Assembly (NCBI GenBank): GCA_959596505.1
Contig: CAUFWM010000001.1
Span: forward strand, 11,113-75,112
Source: an uncultured Collinsella sp.
GTDB lineage: Bacteria > Actinomycetota > Coriobacteriia > Coriobacteriales > Coriobacteriaceae
Reading direction: 5' to 3'
Length of the DNA stretch: 64,000 nucleotides
Shown here in pieces: positions 40,344 through 49,936 of the stretch. The translations under genes and the position numbers were made by a program. The notes under the pieces are model-generated. The model searched no databases, was not told where the DNA came from, and saw only the letters and a program-made list of their open reading frames with translations. Every line of letters begins with the position of its first letter. Positions within the stretch are counted from its first letter, which is position 1.

Positions 40344-40361
40344 CTTATAGGAGAGCTTCTT

Positions 40362-41327
40362 ATGTCTCAAAACGCACGTTCCCATCGAAAGCTCAAGATA
40401 GCCGGCGTCGTTGCACTGGTGCTCGTTGTCGCGCTGCTGGGGTTTGCCGGCAACTTTCTGTTTGACTTCGCGCTGAATCCCCGCGCGCCATACACCATGA
40501 AGATGATGCAGGATAGCAAGAACGACAAAGAAGGCGAGCAGCCGGATGCCGAGGAAACCGAGGCGCGGGCATGGTTTAAAGAGAATCGTGAGAGCAGCAG
40601 CCTCACCGCAGATGACGGAACCGAGCTCGCCGCTTGGTATTTTGCCGCCCCAGAGACCACACACAATTACGCTGTCTGTCTACACGGATACACCAACGAG
40701 CCCATCGGCATGGCCCGATACGCCAAACGCTTCCATGACCGCGGCATGAACGTACTCGCGCCCGCCGCCCGCGCCCACGAGCGCTCCGGCGGCGACTATA
40801 TCGGCATGGGCTGGCCCGAACGCCTCGACATCGTCGCGTGGATCGAGCGGATCGTTCAGGCTGACCCCGAGGCGCGCATCCTGGTCTTTGGCGAGTCGAT
40901 GGGTGCGGCAACCGCCATGAACGTCGCGGGGGAATCTCTGCCCGCAAACGTGAAATGCATTATCGAGGACTGCGGTTATACGAGTGTTTGGGACGAGTTT
41001 TCCTTGCAGCTTAAGGATGTATTTGGGGTGCCCAGCTTTCCCTTGCTCGATGTAGCAAACTTGGTGTGCAACGTGCGCGCGGGCTACGACTTTCATACGG
41101 CGAGCAGTGTGGAGCAACTCAAACACGCGACGGTTCCCATGCTGTTTATCCACGGCGACCAGGACACCTTTGTGCCGTACAGCATGCTCGACCAAAACTA
41201 CGACGCGTGCGCCAGCAAGGTCAAGCAAAAGCTCACCATCCATGGCGCCACCCACGCCAAGAGTGCGCAAGTTGACCCCGAGCTCTACTGGAACACGGTC
41301 GACGACTTCCTCGACGAGTATTTTTAG
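40362..41327 (+). CDS. Membrane-anchored alpha/beta hydrolase
   Basis: LHGY, nucleophile motif GESMG, IHGDQD, ATHA. Confidence 0.9.
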   Translation: MSQNARSHRKLKIAGVVALVLVVALLGFAGNFLFDFALNPRAPYTMKMMQDSKNDKEGEQPDAEETEARAWFKENRESSSLTADDGTELAAWYFAAPETTHNYAVCLHGYTNEPIGMARYAKRFHDRGMNVLAPAARAHERSGGDYIGMGWPERLDIVAWIERIVQADPEARILVFGESMGAATAMNVAGESLPANVKCIIEDCGYTSVWDEFSLQLKDVFGVPSFPLLDVANLVCNVRAGYDFHTASSVEQLKHATVPMLFIHGDQDTFVPYSMLDQNYDACASKVKQKLTIHGATHAKSAQVDPELYWNTVDDFLDEYF

Positions 41328-41364
41328 GCAAAAAGCAACGTCTGGGGCTTTATCTGACCCCCTA

Positions 41365-41496
41365 TTTTCGGAAGTATGCGACAAAATCTGGAACTGCCGA
41401 CCAGACCGCAGTTTTACCAACAATTTATCAGGGGTTTTGTTGCCAAAAAATGTCGTGTGCTCGGCGGTCTCGAAATTTGCCGCATACTTCCGGAAA
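41365..41496. repeat. Inverted-repeat-bounded element (MITE/REP-like)
   Basis: CGGAAGTATGCGACAAA / TTTGCCGCATACTTCCG arms with 1 mismatch. Confidence 0.7.
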
Positions 41497-41578
41497 GCCG
41501 CCCGCGAGCGCTGTGCTCACGGGCGGCTTTTGCTAACGTTGCGCTACAAAAGCGCTTGATATGTCCAATGGACAGGTG

Positions 41579-42784
41579 CTACTTGACCTCGATGAGCTCG
41601 TACTTGCTCGTGCCCAGGCCGATCTTCTCGGCGTGCGCGATGCAGGTGCGCCAGTCGGTGTCGGGATGCGTGATGCAGAAGGGGTCCTTGGCCTGATCGC
41701 CCTCCAGATGCTCGTGGTTGTGCTCCATCTTGGCCGCGCTATCGGTAAGCTCGGTGTTGGGCAGCGGCTCGGATGCCATGACGGCATCGGCACAGGCCTG
41801 GTCGATGGCGACCGGGTCGAAGCTCGCGAACATGCCGATGTCGTTGACGATAGGCGTATCGTTTTCGGGATGGCAATCGCAGTTGGGGCTGATGTCCATG
41901 GCAAGCGAAATGTGGAAGCTCGGACGGCCGTCGACAACGGCCTTCGTATACTCGGCGATCTTGCAGTTGAGCACGTCGGCCGCAGCGTCATGGCCGGGCT
42001 TGATGGCGTCCTGGTTGCACACGCCGATGCAGCGGCCGCAGCCCACGCAGCGATCATGGTCGATAGCGGCAACGTGAACCGTACGGGTGTTGCCGTTGGC
42101 GAGCTCGCGCTCACGGGTGTCGTCAAACGAGATAGCGCTGTGCGCACAGACCTTTTCGCAGGCACGGCAGCCAATACAGTGCTCGGTCGCGACGTTCGGC
42201 TTGCCGGCGGCATGCTGCTCCATCTTGCCGGCGCGGCTGCCGCCGCCCATGCCCAGGTTCTTCATGGCGCCGCCAAAGCCGGCCTGCTCATGGCCTTTAA
42301 AGTGCGTGAGGCTGATCACGATATCGGCATCCATGAGTGCCCGACCGATCTTGGCCTCGCGCACGTACTCGCCGCCCTCGACCGGGACGAGTGCCTCGTC
42401 GGTACCCTTGAGGCCGTCGGCGATGATGATCTGGCAACCCGTGGCATACGGGGTAAAGCCGTTCTGATAGGCGGTATCGATGTGCTCGAGCGCGTTTTTA
42501 CGGCTACCGACGTAGAGCGTGTTACAGTCGGTGAGGAAGGGCTTGCCACCCAGCTCCTTCACGACATCCGCGACGGCGCGGGCGTAGTTGGGGCGCAAAA
42601 AGCTCAGGTTGCCCAGCTCGCCAAAGTGAATCTTGATAGCGACGAACTTGTTCTCGAAGTCGATCTGCTCGATACCGGCGTGGCGTATGAGGCGCTTGAG
42701 CTTGTCGAGCTGGCTCTCGCGAGCATGCGTGCGCAAGTTGGTGAAGTATACCTTAGCGGGTGCTGCGGGTGCAGTTGCGGTCAT
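41579..42784 (-). CDS. DUF362-domain protein with a 2x[4Fe-4S] ferredoxin insert
   Basis: KIHFGELGN, HFKGH, GFGGAMKNLGMG, CIGCRAC and CVGCGRC, CDC. Confidence 0.88.
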   Translation of the reverse strand: MTATAPAAPAKVYFTNLRTHARESQLDKLKRLIRHAGIEQIDFENKFVAIKIHFGELGNLSFLRPNYARAVADVVKELGGKPFLTDCNTLYVGSRKNALEHIDTAYQNGFTPYATGCQIIIADGLKGTDEALVPVEGGEYVREAKIGRALMDADIVISLTHFKGHEQAGFGGAMKNLGMGGGSRAGKMEQHAAGKPNVATEHCIGCRACEKVCAHSAISFDDTRERELANGNTRTVHVAAIDHDRCVGCGRCIGVCNQDAIKPGHDAAADVLNCKIAEYTKAVVDGRPSFHISLAMDISPNCDCHPENDTPIVNDIGMFASFDPVAIDQACADAVMASEPLPNTELTDSAAKMEHNHEHLEGDQAKDPFCITHPDTDWRTCIAHAEKIGLGTSKYELIEVK

Positions 42785-42826
42785 AGATCTATCCCCTCGG
42801 TCTATATGGCGTTACAGACATAGAGG

Positions 42827-42857
42827 ATGGTACCCGTTAAAGTAGGGTCAAAGTCAA
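42827..42857 (-). promoter_or_regulatory. Candidate promoter with a 19-bp spacer (MerR-type geometry)
   Basis: TTGACT-19 nt-TACCAT on the minus strand, upstream of the DUF362 gene. Confidence 0.45.
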
Positions 42858-42867
42858 GCGCGAAACC

Positions 42868-42896
42868 TAGTCGTTGGGGAGGTTCTTAAACGACTA
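42868..42896. repeat. GGGGA-loop hairpin, family A, overlapping the permease stop
   Basis: TAGTCGTTGGGGAGGTTCTTAAACGACTA, with a compensatory change in both arms. Confidence 0.8.
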
Positions 42897-45560
42897 CTCT
42901 TGGACTTTGAGGGCCTCGGCCAGGCTCACGCGCGTGATAGAACGCGTGTGTAGCAGCGCCACGACCAGGTAGGTCGCAAAGCCAATGCCGACGCATGCAA
43001 CCATGGACCAAGCGGGCACGTAGATCTCGATATTGCCGTTGTAGGCGAGCAGCATCGAGCGGAAGATGGCCGTGAGCGAGCCGATAATGACCGGCAGACT
43101 CAGCACGAGCGACGCCACCACGCACAGCGTGATCGAGCGGATGTACAGATGCGAGATCTCGCTATCGCGATAGCCAAAGACTTTCATGTAGCTGATCGAA
43201 CGGGCGCTGTGGTCGATCACCGCCTTGGTCAGCAGGTACATAAACAGCAGGAAGATAAACACCGCGAGCCCGATCATCATTCCGATCATTTTACTCATCA
43301 TGCCGATGAACTGGTCGCCCACGGCGCGCATGTCGTCGGGCGTGGTGTCGCCGGCAAAGTAACGAGCATCGAGATCGAGCTTCTCGTCGCTCACATAGCC
43401 GTTAAAGTAGGCGGCGTCGTTGTCGAACAGCTCGTTAAAGTCGTCGATACTCATATAGATATTCATGTCCGACTTGGAGCCCCAGGCACAGTCCTTGCCC
43501 GCGTACTCAAGGGAATAATGCTCGCCCTCGTACTTGTCGCCGAGCGTGACCTTCTGGCCCTTGCTCCAGCCAAACTTATCGAGCAGACCGCCGCCAAAGA
43601 CGACGCGTCCATCGCCGACGTTGAGGTCTTTCCAATAGCGCGAATCGGATGAAATGCCGTAGACGAAAATCGTCTCCTCGCCATTACCATCGCCGCGGTC
43701 GTATTGCAGCTGGTAAACGGCGTATTTCTCGGCCTGCGCGATTGCGCCCGCGCCGTTGTCGGTCGTATTGACCGGGTGGATATCGTCGTTGTCAGTGTCG
43801 AGCTTAGAGGCCTTGTCGATCAGGTCGATAGCCTCGTCACGGTCGCAGCCGAGGGCATCGGCAAGATCGTCAAGGCGCGCGTAGAGCGCATCTTTCTTGT
43901 CCTGGACCTTGGCAAGCGCGTCCTGCGCTGCGGTCAGGCTCTCGGCAGACGGAGATGCGGTCGCAGCATCGGCTGCCGCCTGCGCCGCATCAGCCGCGTC
44001 GTCAAGCTCGTCATCGGCATCCTGGGCGGCAGAAAGCAGTGCGCCGTCAACCGACTGCAAGCGCTCGAGTGCCGACCACTGCTCACGCTCCTCGGCAGTG
44101 CCCTCGAGCTCCAGCGGCACCTTGAGCGTGTACTGGTGCTCGGCGACCAGGCTTGTCTCGAGGTTGTCCGCGTAGTGCGTCATGGTGGGCAGAATCGCCA
44201 GGCCAAAGAGCATCAGCAGCGAGGCAAACGCAATGCCCACGAAGAGCGTGGCGAAGTTGCCCAGGTTGCGCAGGAAGATACGCAGGCGGAAGCGGGAAAC
44301 AAAACCCATGCGCTCCGGCAGTTGCATACCACGCTTGGTGCCAGACTTGCCGCTCGCCTCGTGGCGAAGGAACTGCAACGGCGTCTTGCCCATTTTGCGA
44401 AGCAGGCCCACCAGCGTGATGAGGATGAGCGCGGCGGCGGGAACCACGGCGCACTTCACAAAGATCTCCCAGCTCCAGTACACCTGGAAGGGCGGCAGAC
44501 TGTACGAACCGTAATAGAGGCTGCGCATGGGCTCGGTAAAGAACACAACGCCGAGCGCAGTGCCCAAAAGCGCCGCGACCACGCCCACGATGGCGGGAAG
44601 CGCGAGGTAGTGCAGCACGATCTCGCGTCGACGATAGCCGCTGGCGAGCAGCGTGCCGATGATGGCGCTCTCCTCCTCGATGGTGGCGTCGGTAAGGACC
44701 ACAAAGACGAACGCCATGATCACGATGATGATGTCGAGCAGCGTCATCCACATCATGGAGTCGCCGTCCACGTCGTCGCGCGCATAGCCAATGCCTTGGT
44801 TGGAATCGGCATCGATCAGATCGTCCACACGCGCATCGGCATCGGTCAGCGCCACGACCATATCCTGCTCCGCATCGATGCGATCCGCGGTGGGGAGGTC
44901 GCAATCGGTAAAGATAAAGGAATAGGTGTAGGCAGGCGCGCCACCGGCGTCCTCAAGCGCGGCAAAGCCGGCGTCGGTGACCTCGGCCACGCCGTACGTG
45001 ATGGTGTTCACCGTAAAGTCCGAATTGTTGAGGAACAGCGCCTGGCTATCGGGCTGGGTCATGATGCCGCAGATGGTGTAGGTGCGACCCTCGAGCTCGA
45101 CTCTATCGCCCACGGACAGGTTGTTATTGGTGGCAAAGACACGGTCGATGGCCACCTCGTCGTCCGTCTTGGGTTCCCTGCCCTCACAGTAGGACGCGAT
45201 ATCGACCTTGGTGCGGTGCGCATAGGTGCGCAGCGTGCGCTTGGTGCCGTCGTCGCCGTTCGCCTTTTTGATGATGGCGTCGATGGAGAAATTCTTGTAG
45301 AGCGTGACGCCGCCGACGTCGTCGGCCGCGTCCTCGGCGGCCTTGAGTTGATCGTCGGTAGCCTCGAAGGAGGTGGTCACGCGGCCGTCCTCAATCGTGT
45401 ACGCATTGCGCATGTCGTCGATAAGGCAACCGATGGAGTGGGCCGCGAGCAAAAAGCCCGAGGTGAGAGCGATGCTTCCGCACATAAGCAAAAAGATTCC
45501 CAGGTACTTGCCGATATTGCGGCGCAGCTCGCGCGGGAGACGTTTTGCGAGAGGTGTCAT
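42894..45560 (-). CDS. FtsX/MacB-like ABC transporter permease
   Basis: Two FtsX-type domains (IGTLLASGY; ISYMKVFGY); adjacent ATPase gene. Confidence 0.9.
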   Translation of the reverse strand: MTPLAKRLPRELRRNIGKYLGIFLLMCGSIALTSGFLLAAHSIGCLIDDMRNAYTIEDGRVTTSFEATDDQLKAAEDAADDVGGVTLYKNFSIDAIIKKANGDDGTKRTLRTYAHRTKVDIASYCEGREPKTDDEVAIDRVFATNNNLSVGDRVELEGRTYTICGIMTQPDSQALFLNNSDFTVNTITYGVAEVTDAGFAALEDAGGAPAYTYSFIFTDCDLPTADRIDAEQDMVVALTDADARVDDLIDADSNQGIGYARDDVDGDSMMWMTLLDIIIVIMAFVFVVLTDATIEEESAIIGTLLASGYRRREIVLHYLALPAIVGVVAALLGTALGVVFFTEPMRSLYYGSYSLPPFQVYWSWEIFVKCAVVPAAALILITLVGLLRKMGKTPLQFLRHEASGKSGTKRGMQLPERMGFVSRFRLRIFLRNLGNFATLFVGIAFASLLMLFGLAILPTMTHYADNLETSLVAEHQYTLKVPLELEGTAEEREQWSALERLQSVDGALLSAAQDADDELDDAADAAQAAADAATASPSAESLTAAQDALAKVQDKKDALYARLDDLADALGCDRDEAIDLIDKASKLDTDNDDIHPVNTTDNGAGAIAQAEKYAVYQLQYDRGDGNGEETIFVYGISSDSRYWKDLNVGDGRVVFGGGLLDKFGWSKGQKVTLGDKYEGEHYSLEYAGKDCAWGSKSDMNIYMSIDDFNELFDNDAAYFNGYVSDEKLDLDARYFAGDTTPDDMRAVGDQFIGMMSKMIGMMIGLAVFIFLLFMYLLTKAVIDHSARSISYMKVFGYRDSEISHLYIRSITLCVVASLVLSLPVIIGSLTAIFRSMLLAYNGNIEIYVPAWSMVACVGIGFATYLVVALLHTRSITRVSLAEALKVQE

Positions 45561-45568
45561 GGCGCCGC

Positions 45569-46282
45569 CTACCAATCGAGCTCGGCGGCTGCGACGGGCG
45601 ACTCGTTGAGCTCATCCTCGACGATGCGCCCGTCGCGCAGGCGCAGCACGCGATTTGCCATGCGCGCGATGGCGGCATTGTGGGTGACAATGATGATGGT
45701 GCAGCCGTAGGTGCGGTTTACATCCTCCATGAGCTGCAAGATTTCCTTGGACGTCTTATAGTCGAGCGCGCCCGTGGGCTCATCGCACAGCAGCAGGCCC
45801 GGGTTTTTGACGAGTGCGCGGCCGATGGCGCAGCGCTGCTGCTGGCCGCCCGAGACCTGGCGCGGGAACTTGTTGCGGTGCTCGTAGAGGCCCAGCGAAC
45901 GCAGCAGGTCATCAATGTTGAGCGGGTTTTTGGACAGGTGCGCCGTGACCTCGATGTTCTCCTTGATGGTGAGATCGGGCACCAGGTTGTAGAACTGGAA
46001 GACAAAGCCCAGCTCACGGCGTCGGTATTCGCCCAAGTCGGTAGGCTTGAGCACGGTGAGGTCGCAGCCATCCACCAGAATAGAGCCGGCGTCGGCGTCC
46101 TCCAGGCCGCCAATCAGGTTAAGAAACGTGGACTTGCCCGAACCCGAAGGCCCCAGCATGACGCAGATCTCGCCGCGGTTGATGGACGTGTCGATGCCGT
46201 CGAGCACCGTCAGGCATGCATCTCCATCGCCGTAGTGCTTTTTGAGATCCTTAACCTGGACGTAGGCTTCCTGCGTTGCCAT
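45569..46282 (-). CDS. ABC transporter ATP-binding protein (LolD/MacB type)
   Basis: [30 protein letters not shown]. Confidence 0.95.
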   Translation of the reverse strand: MATQEAYVQVKDLKKHYGDGDACLTVLDGIDTSINRGEICVMLGPSGSGKSTFLNLIGGLEDADAGSILVDGCDLTVLKPTDLGEYRRRELGFVFQFYNLVPDLTIKENIEVTAHLSKNPLNIDDLLRSLGLYEHRNKFPRQVSGGQQQRCAIGRALVKNPGLLLCDEPTGALDYKTSKEILQLMEDVNRTYGCTIIIVTHNAAIARMANRVLRLRDGRIVEDELNESPVAAAELDW

Positions 46283-46323
46283 GGTATCCCCCATTGTTAG
46301 CCTTGTACTACTTTATGAACGTA

Positions 46324-46345
46324 ATAGTAAACCATGGCGAACTAT
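46324..46345. promoter_or_regulatory. Palindromic candidate repressor operator upstream of the ABC ATPase
   Basis: ATAGTaaaCCATGGcgaACTAT dyad, with a related site near 46294-46312. Confidence 0.4.
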
Positions 46346-46377
46346 TTTTGGGCGAGAGCGGGGATTTGTTTCAAGAC

Positions 46378-46406
46378 TAGTCATTGGGGACGCTCTTAAA
46401 TGACTA
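46378..46406. repeat. GGGGAC-loop hairpin, family A
   Basis: TAGTCATTGGGGACGCTCTTAAATGACTA, 5 nt after the permease stop. Confidence 0.85.
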
Positions 46407-46411
46407 GGCGG

Positions 46412-47617
46412 TTAGGCGCGGGATTTGTTGTGGGCGAGGGCTAGGCCTACGGCGGCGATGGCGGCGGCGAAGAGCACGGTGACGCCCAGATCGCAGGCGA
46501 TGTCGCCCAGCACGGTGGGCGTCAGATCCGCGGCGAGCGCCTTGCCGATTGCGTCGTTCACCCAAAACGTCGGCACAAAATGCGCCACGGTCTGCACGGC
46601 CGAGCCCATCAGCGACAGCGGCATCCAGGCGCCGCCCAAAAACGTCATGAGCATGCCGAGTAAGTTGCCCACGCCGTTGAGCAGCTCCTCGCGCGCGCCC
46701 AGGCTCGAAAGGGTAAAGCCAACGGCCAGCGGCGTGCACGCCAGGGCAAACGTCGCCGCCAGCGCCAGGCACACGCGACCCACACCGACCTCGGCGACCG
46801 CGCCGGCAAAGCCCACGACACCCATCATGCTCGACACAAACCAGATGCAGACGGTAAGCACCGCGGCAGCCGCGAACACGGCAAGCGAACGCTGGCGCTC
46901 GGAGAGCGGGGCGGCCTCCATGCGGCGCACGCGCTCGGGCTCGTTCATGCCCGAGAACACCAATCCCACCGACACGATGACCGACGAGATGATCGCGTAC
47001 GCGCCAAAGTTGAAGTACGACTCGAGTGGGGCGACGGCAGTCGATTCGACCTTGACCTGCTCGATCTGGACCTCGGCGCGCTTGGCGGCAGCATGCTCGG
47101 CAGCCTTGGCGACCTCGCCGTCGGAAGCAGCTGGCTCAAGTGCCGCCGCAGCACCCGCGAGCGAGATCCACCGCGAGGCCTCGGCAGACGAAAGCGCCGC
47201 CGCCATGGTGCCGGAGCCGTAGGTCACATCGAGCCTGGGCAACTCCTCCCCCGCGCGGGCGGCGGCAACAAGATCGTCCTCAAACCCCTCCGGGATAAAG
47301 AACACGCAGTCGGCGCTGCCCTTGGCGCTGTTGCTCTTAGCGAGCGCATCCGCAAGGTCGTACGTGTCGTCGCCGACGCCCGTGACCAGGTCAAAGCGTG
47401 AGCCCAGGTGCTTGGTAAGCGCCCGCGAAAGGTCGCTATTGTCGCGGTCGACCACGATCACGTTGGTGTCGTAGGGCTTGTACTCGGTAAGCTGCGACGA
47501 GTTCCAGCTCACCGAGGCCGCGATGAATACGCCCATGAGCGAGATGAACACCGTATAGATGAGCAGGTAGAGCGGGTGCGCGAGCGCCATGCGAAGCGCG
47601 GTCTTAAAGGTGCTCAT
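46412..47617 (-). CDS. ABC-2 type exporter permease
   Basis: N-terminal TM, VVDRD, extracellular domain, multi-TM C-terminus (FLGGAWMP, PTFW). Confidence 0.88.
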   Translation of the reverse strand: MSTFKTALRMALAHPLYLLIYTVFISLMGVFIAASVSWNSSQLTEYKPYDTNVIVVDRDNSDLSRALTKHLGSRFDLVTGVGDDTYDLADALAKSNSAKGSADCVFFIPEGFEDDLVAAARAGEELPRLDVTYGSGTMAAALSSAEASRWISLAGAAAALEPAASDGEVAKAAEHAAAKRAEVQIEQVKVESTAVAPLESYFNFGAYAIISSVIVSVGLVFSGMNEPERVRRMEAAPLSERQRSLAVFAAAAVLTVCIWFVSSMMGVVGFAGAVAEVGVGRVCLALAATFALACTPLAVGFTLSSLGAREELLNGVGNLLGMLMTFLGGAWMPLSLMGSAVQTVAHFVPTFWVNDAIGKALAADLTPTVLGDIACDLGVTVLFAAAIAAVGLALAHNKSRA

Positions 47618-48791
47618 AGCGGCTCCTTCCAAAGATCAGCGTAGCGGCGGCGACAAACACCAGGGACATGAGGACGAGCGCGCCGGCGCGGACGGCGAAG
47701 GGCCCCAGGTCCTCAAAGAAATACAGGCGATTGAACATGTCGCAGATGAGCTTGACGGGGTTGAGCCAGCACTCGGCCGGGCAGGCGCGGGCGACGTCGT
47801 CGGCAAGCGCCATCGCCGGCTCGCCGTAGAGGCCGGCGAACAAGGCACACGTGGTGGCAAAGCCCGTGAGGATGCCCGACTTGGACGCCTTGCCGCCCTT
47901 AACGGGCAGCGTGCCCACAAAAAGGCCCAGGCCCGTGGCGGCAAGCGCGGACACGGCGCCGCCCACCAGACACAGCCCCTCGCGCCCGCCAAAGTCGACG
48001 CCAACGACTAGGCGCACGTAGCCAATCGCAACCGCCATCGAGGCAAAAGAAACCAGCCACGAGCCGACAAAGATGCCGGCCAGCGACGCCGTCTTGGAGA
48101 GGCCGCCCACGCAGCGGCGCGCACCAAGGCCCGACAGATTGGGCTGCAGGTCGACGACGCTCAAGGCGGCAAACTCGGCAGACATCATCGCGACCAGACC
48201 AAAGAGCGCGTAATAGTAGATGACCGTGCCGTCGGGCGTGGTGCGCGTCAGGCTCACGCGGCGGGTTCCGCCCTCGAGCGATAGGGCGTGCGAAACCGCC
48301 TCCGGGTCGGCGAGCGCTGCCGGGTTGTCCTGGGAAATCTGGGACATGAGCTCGGCATTTTGTGTATACGAGCTTGCCACCGTCTCAAGGATGCTGCGGT
48401 CGGTGAGCACGGACGAAGCACGCGAGCTGTCGTAACTCGATAGCAGCGTGAGCTTGGGCGTGCCCGCAGCGTCGACCGTGTAGATGCCCGCGACTTCGCC
48501 GCCCTTGAGCGCCTTGCGCGCAGCAGCCAAGTCTTCGTACTCGCTCACATCGAGCAGTTGATCGTCGCCCTCCTTGGCAAGCGAGGTCGCCACGTCCTTA
48601 AAGGTCGAAGCGTCCCAGGCCTCGTCCGCCACGACGGCAACCGGCACCGGGTCGACCTTGCCGTCAGAGCTCAGGTTCGCGAACATAAACATGAACATCG
48701 TTGAAAGCGCAATGGGAAAGATCGCGCCCCAGACCCATGTACTCGGTCGACGCAATAGCGTCTTGAGCGTGGTGATGATAGTGTTGAACAT
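47604..48791 (-). CDS. ABC-2 type exporter permease
   Basis: WGAIFP, YYYAL, WLNP; paralogous architecture in the same operon. Confidence 0.88.
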   Translation of the reverse strand: MFNTIITTLKTLLRRPSTWVWGAIFPIALSTMFMFMFANLSSDGKVDPVPVAVVADEAWDASTFKDVATSLAKEGDDQLLDVSEYEDLAAARKALKGGEVAGIYTVDAAGTPKLTLLSSYDSSRASSVLTDRSILETVASSYTQNAELMSQISQDNPAALADPEAVSHALSLEGGTRRVSLTRTTPDGTVIYYYALFGLVAMMSAEFAALSVVDLQPNLSGLGARRCVGGLSKTASLAGIFVGSWLVSFASMAVAIGYVRLVVGVDFGGREGLCLVGGAVSALAATGLGLFVGTLPVKGGKASKSGILTGFATTCALFAGLYGEPAMALADDVARACPAECWLNPVKLICDMFNRLYFFEDLGPFAVRAGALVLMSLVFVAAATLIFGRSRYEHL

Positions 48792-48800
48792 GGCCGCCCC

Positions 48801-49739
48801 CTAGTCGCGCAGCTCGCGGCCGGTGATCTCGAGGAACACGTCGTTGAGGGTCGGAGGCTCGCTCCACACGCGGCCGAGCGCCACATCGGCGGCGCGCAGC
48901 GTGTCGAGGATGTCGACCAAATTGTGCGGGCTCGCTTCGCAGGTGCAGATGAGCTCTCCACCGGAAAGCTCAACCGAAAGCACGTGCTCGAGGGCGCGCA
49001 GGCGCTCGACCGTGGCGGCCTCGACGGCGCCGACCTCGACAGTCACGCGCTCGCCCATCTGGATCATTCGCTTGAGCTCGTCGTTGGTGCCCTGCGCCAG
49101 CACGCGTCCGCCGTCCATGATCATGATGCGGCTGCAGATCTGCTCGACTTCCTCCATGTAATGGCTGGTATAAACCACCGTGGCGCCCTCGTCGCGCAGG
49201 CGGCAGATGCCCTCCAGGATGGCGTTGCGGCTCTGCGGGTCAACTGCCACCGTGGGCTCGTCAAAAAAGATGAGCTCGGGCTTGTGCGCGATGCCGCAGG
49301 CAATGTTGAGGCGACGCGCCAGGCCGCCCGAGAGCTTGCCAGGGCGGAACTTAGCAAAGTCGCCCAGACCGACAAAGTCGATCGCCTCGTCCACGAGCGC
49401 GCGGCGGCGCTTGCGGTCGCTGACGTAGAGACTACAGAAATAGTCGATGTTCTCGCGCACGGTGAGTTCGTCGAACACCGCCACCTGCTGCGGCACCACG
49501 CCGATGCGGCGCTTGAGGTCGTAGCGGGCGGGCGTCATGGGCTCGCCGAACAGCTCGATGATGCCTTTGTCGTAGGCAAGCAGCTGCAGAATGCAGTTGA
49601 TGGACGTGGTCTTGCCCGAGCCGTTGGGGCCCAGCAGGCCAAAGATCTCGCCGGGGGCGATGCTCAGGTTAAAGTGGTCGAGCGCGATAAGATCGTCGTA
49701 GCGCTTGACGAGGTTTTCGACGTGGACGATGTCTGTCAT
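48801..49739 (-). CDS. ABC transporter ATP-binding protein (DrrA-like)
   Basis: GPNGSGKTT, LSGG, DEPTVAVD, PTLNDVFLEITG. Confidence 0.95.
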   Translation of the reverse strand: MTDIVHVENLVKRYDDLIALDHFNLSIAPGEIFGLLGPNGSGKTTSINCILQLLAYDKGIIELFGEPMTPARYDLKRRIGVVPQQVAVFDELTVRENIDYFCSLYVSDRKRRRALVDEAIDFVGLGDFAKFRPGKLSGGLARRLNIACGIAHKPELIFFDEPTVAVDPQSRNAILEGICRLRDEGATVVYTSHYMEEVEQICSRIMIMDGGRVLAQGTNDELKRMIQMGERVTVEVGAVEAATVERLRALEHVLSVELSGGELICTCEASPHNLVDILDTLRAADVALGRVWSEPPTLNDVFLEITGRELRD

Positions 49740-49807
49740 GAGGCGGCCCTCCTGTTGATTGCGGCCCGGTACGATTGCATCATCGCAGGAGCCGCCGGCG
49801 CGCGCCA

Positions 49808-49821
49808 GTGAGCTTTGTCAC
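49808..49821. promoter_or_regulatory. Candidate response-regulator binding dyad upstream of the ABC operon
   Basis: GTGAGCTTTGTCAC imperfect palindrome, with a second TGTCAC half-site near 49880. Confidence 0.4.
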
Positions 49822-49936
49822 GAGTGCGGGGCTTGGCCGTGCGGCCCGCCGACGCCCCCGTTTTGCCGCGCGGGAGGAATGTCACGGTTGCGCAGGCGGC
49901 CCCTCCACCACGCGCGGCTTCGCGTACAATACCCGT

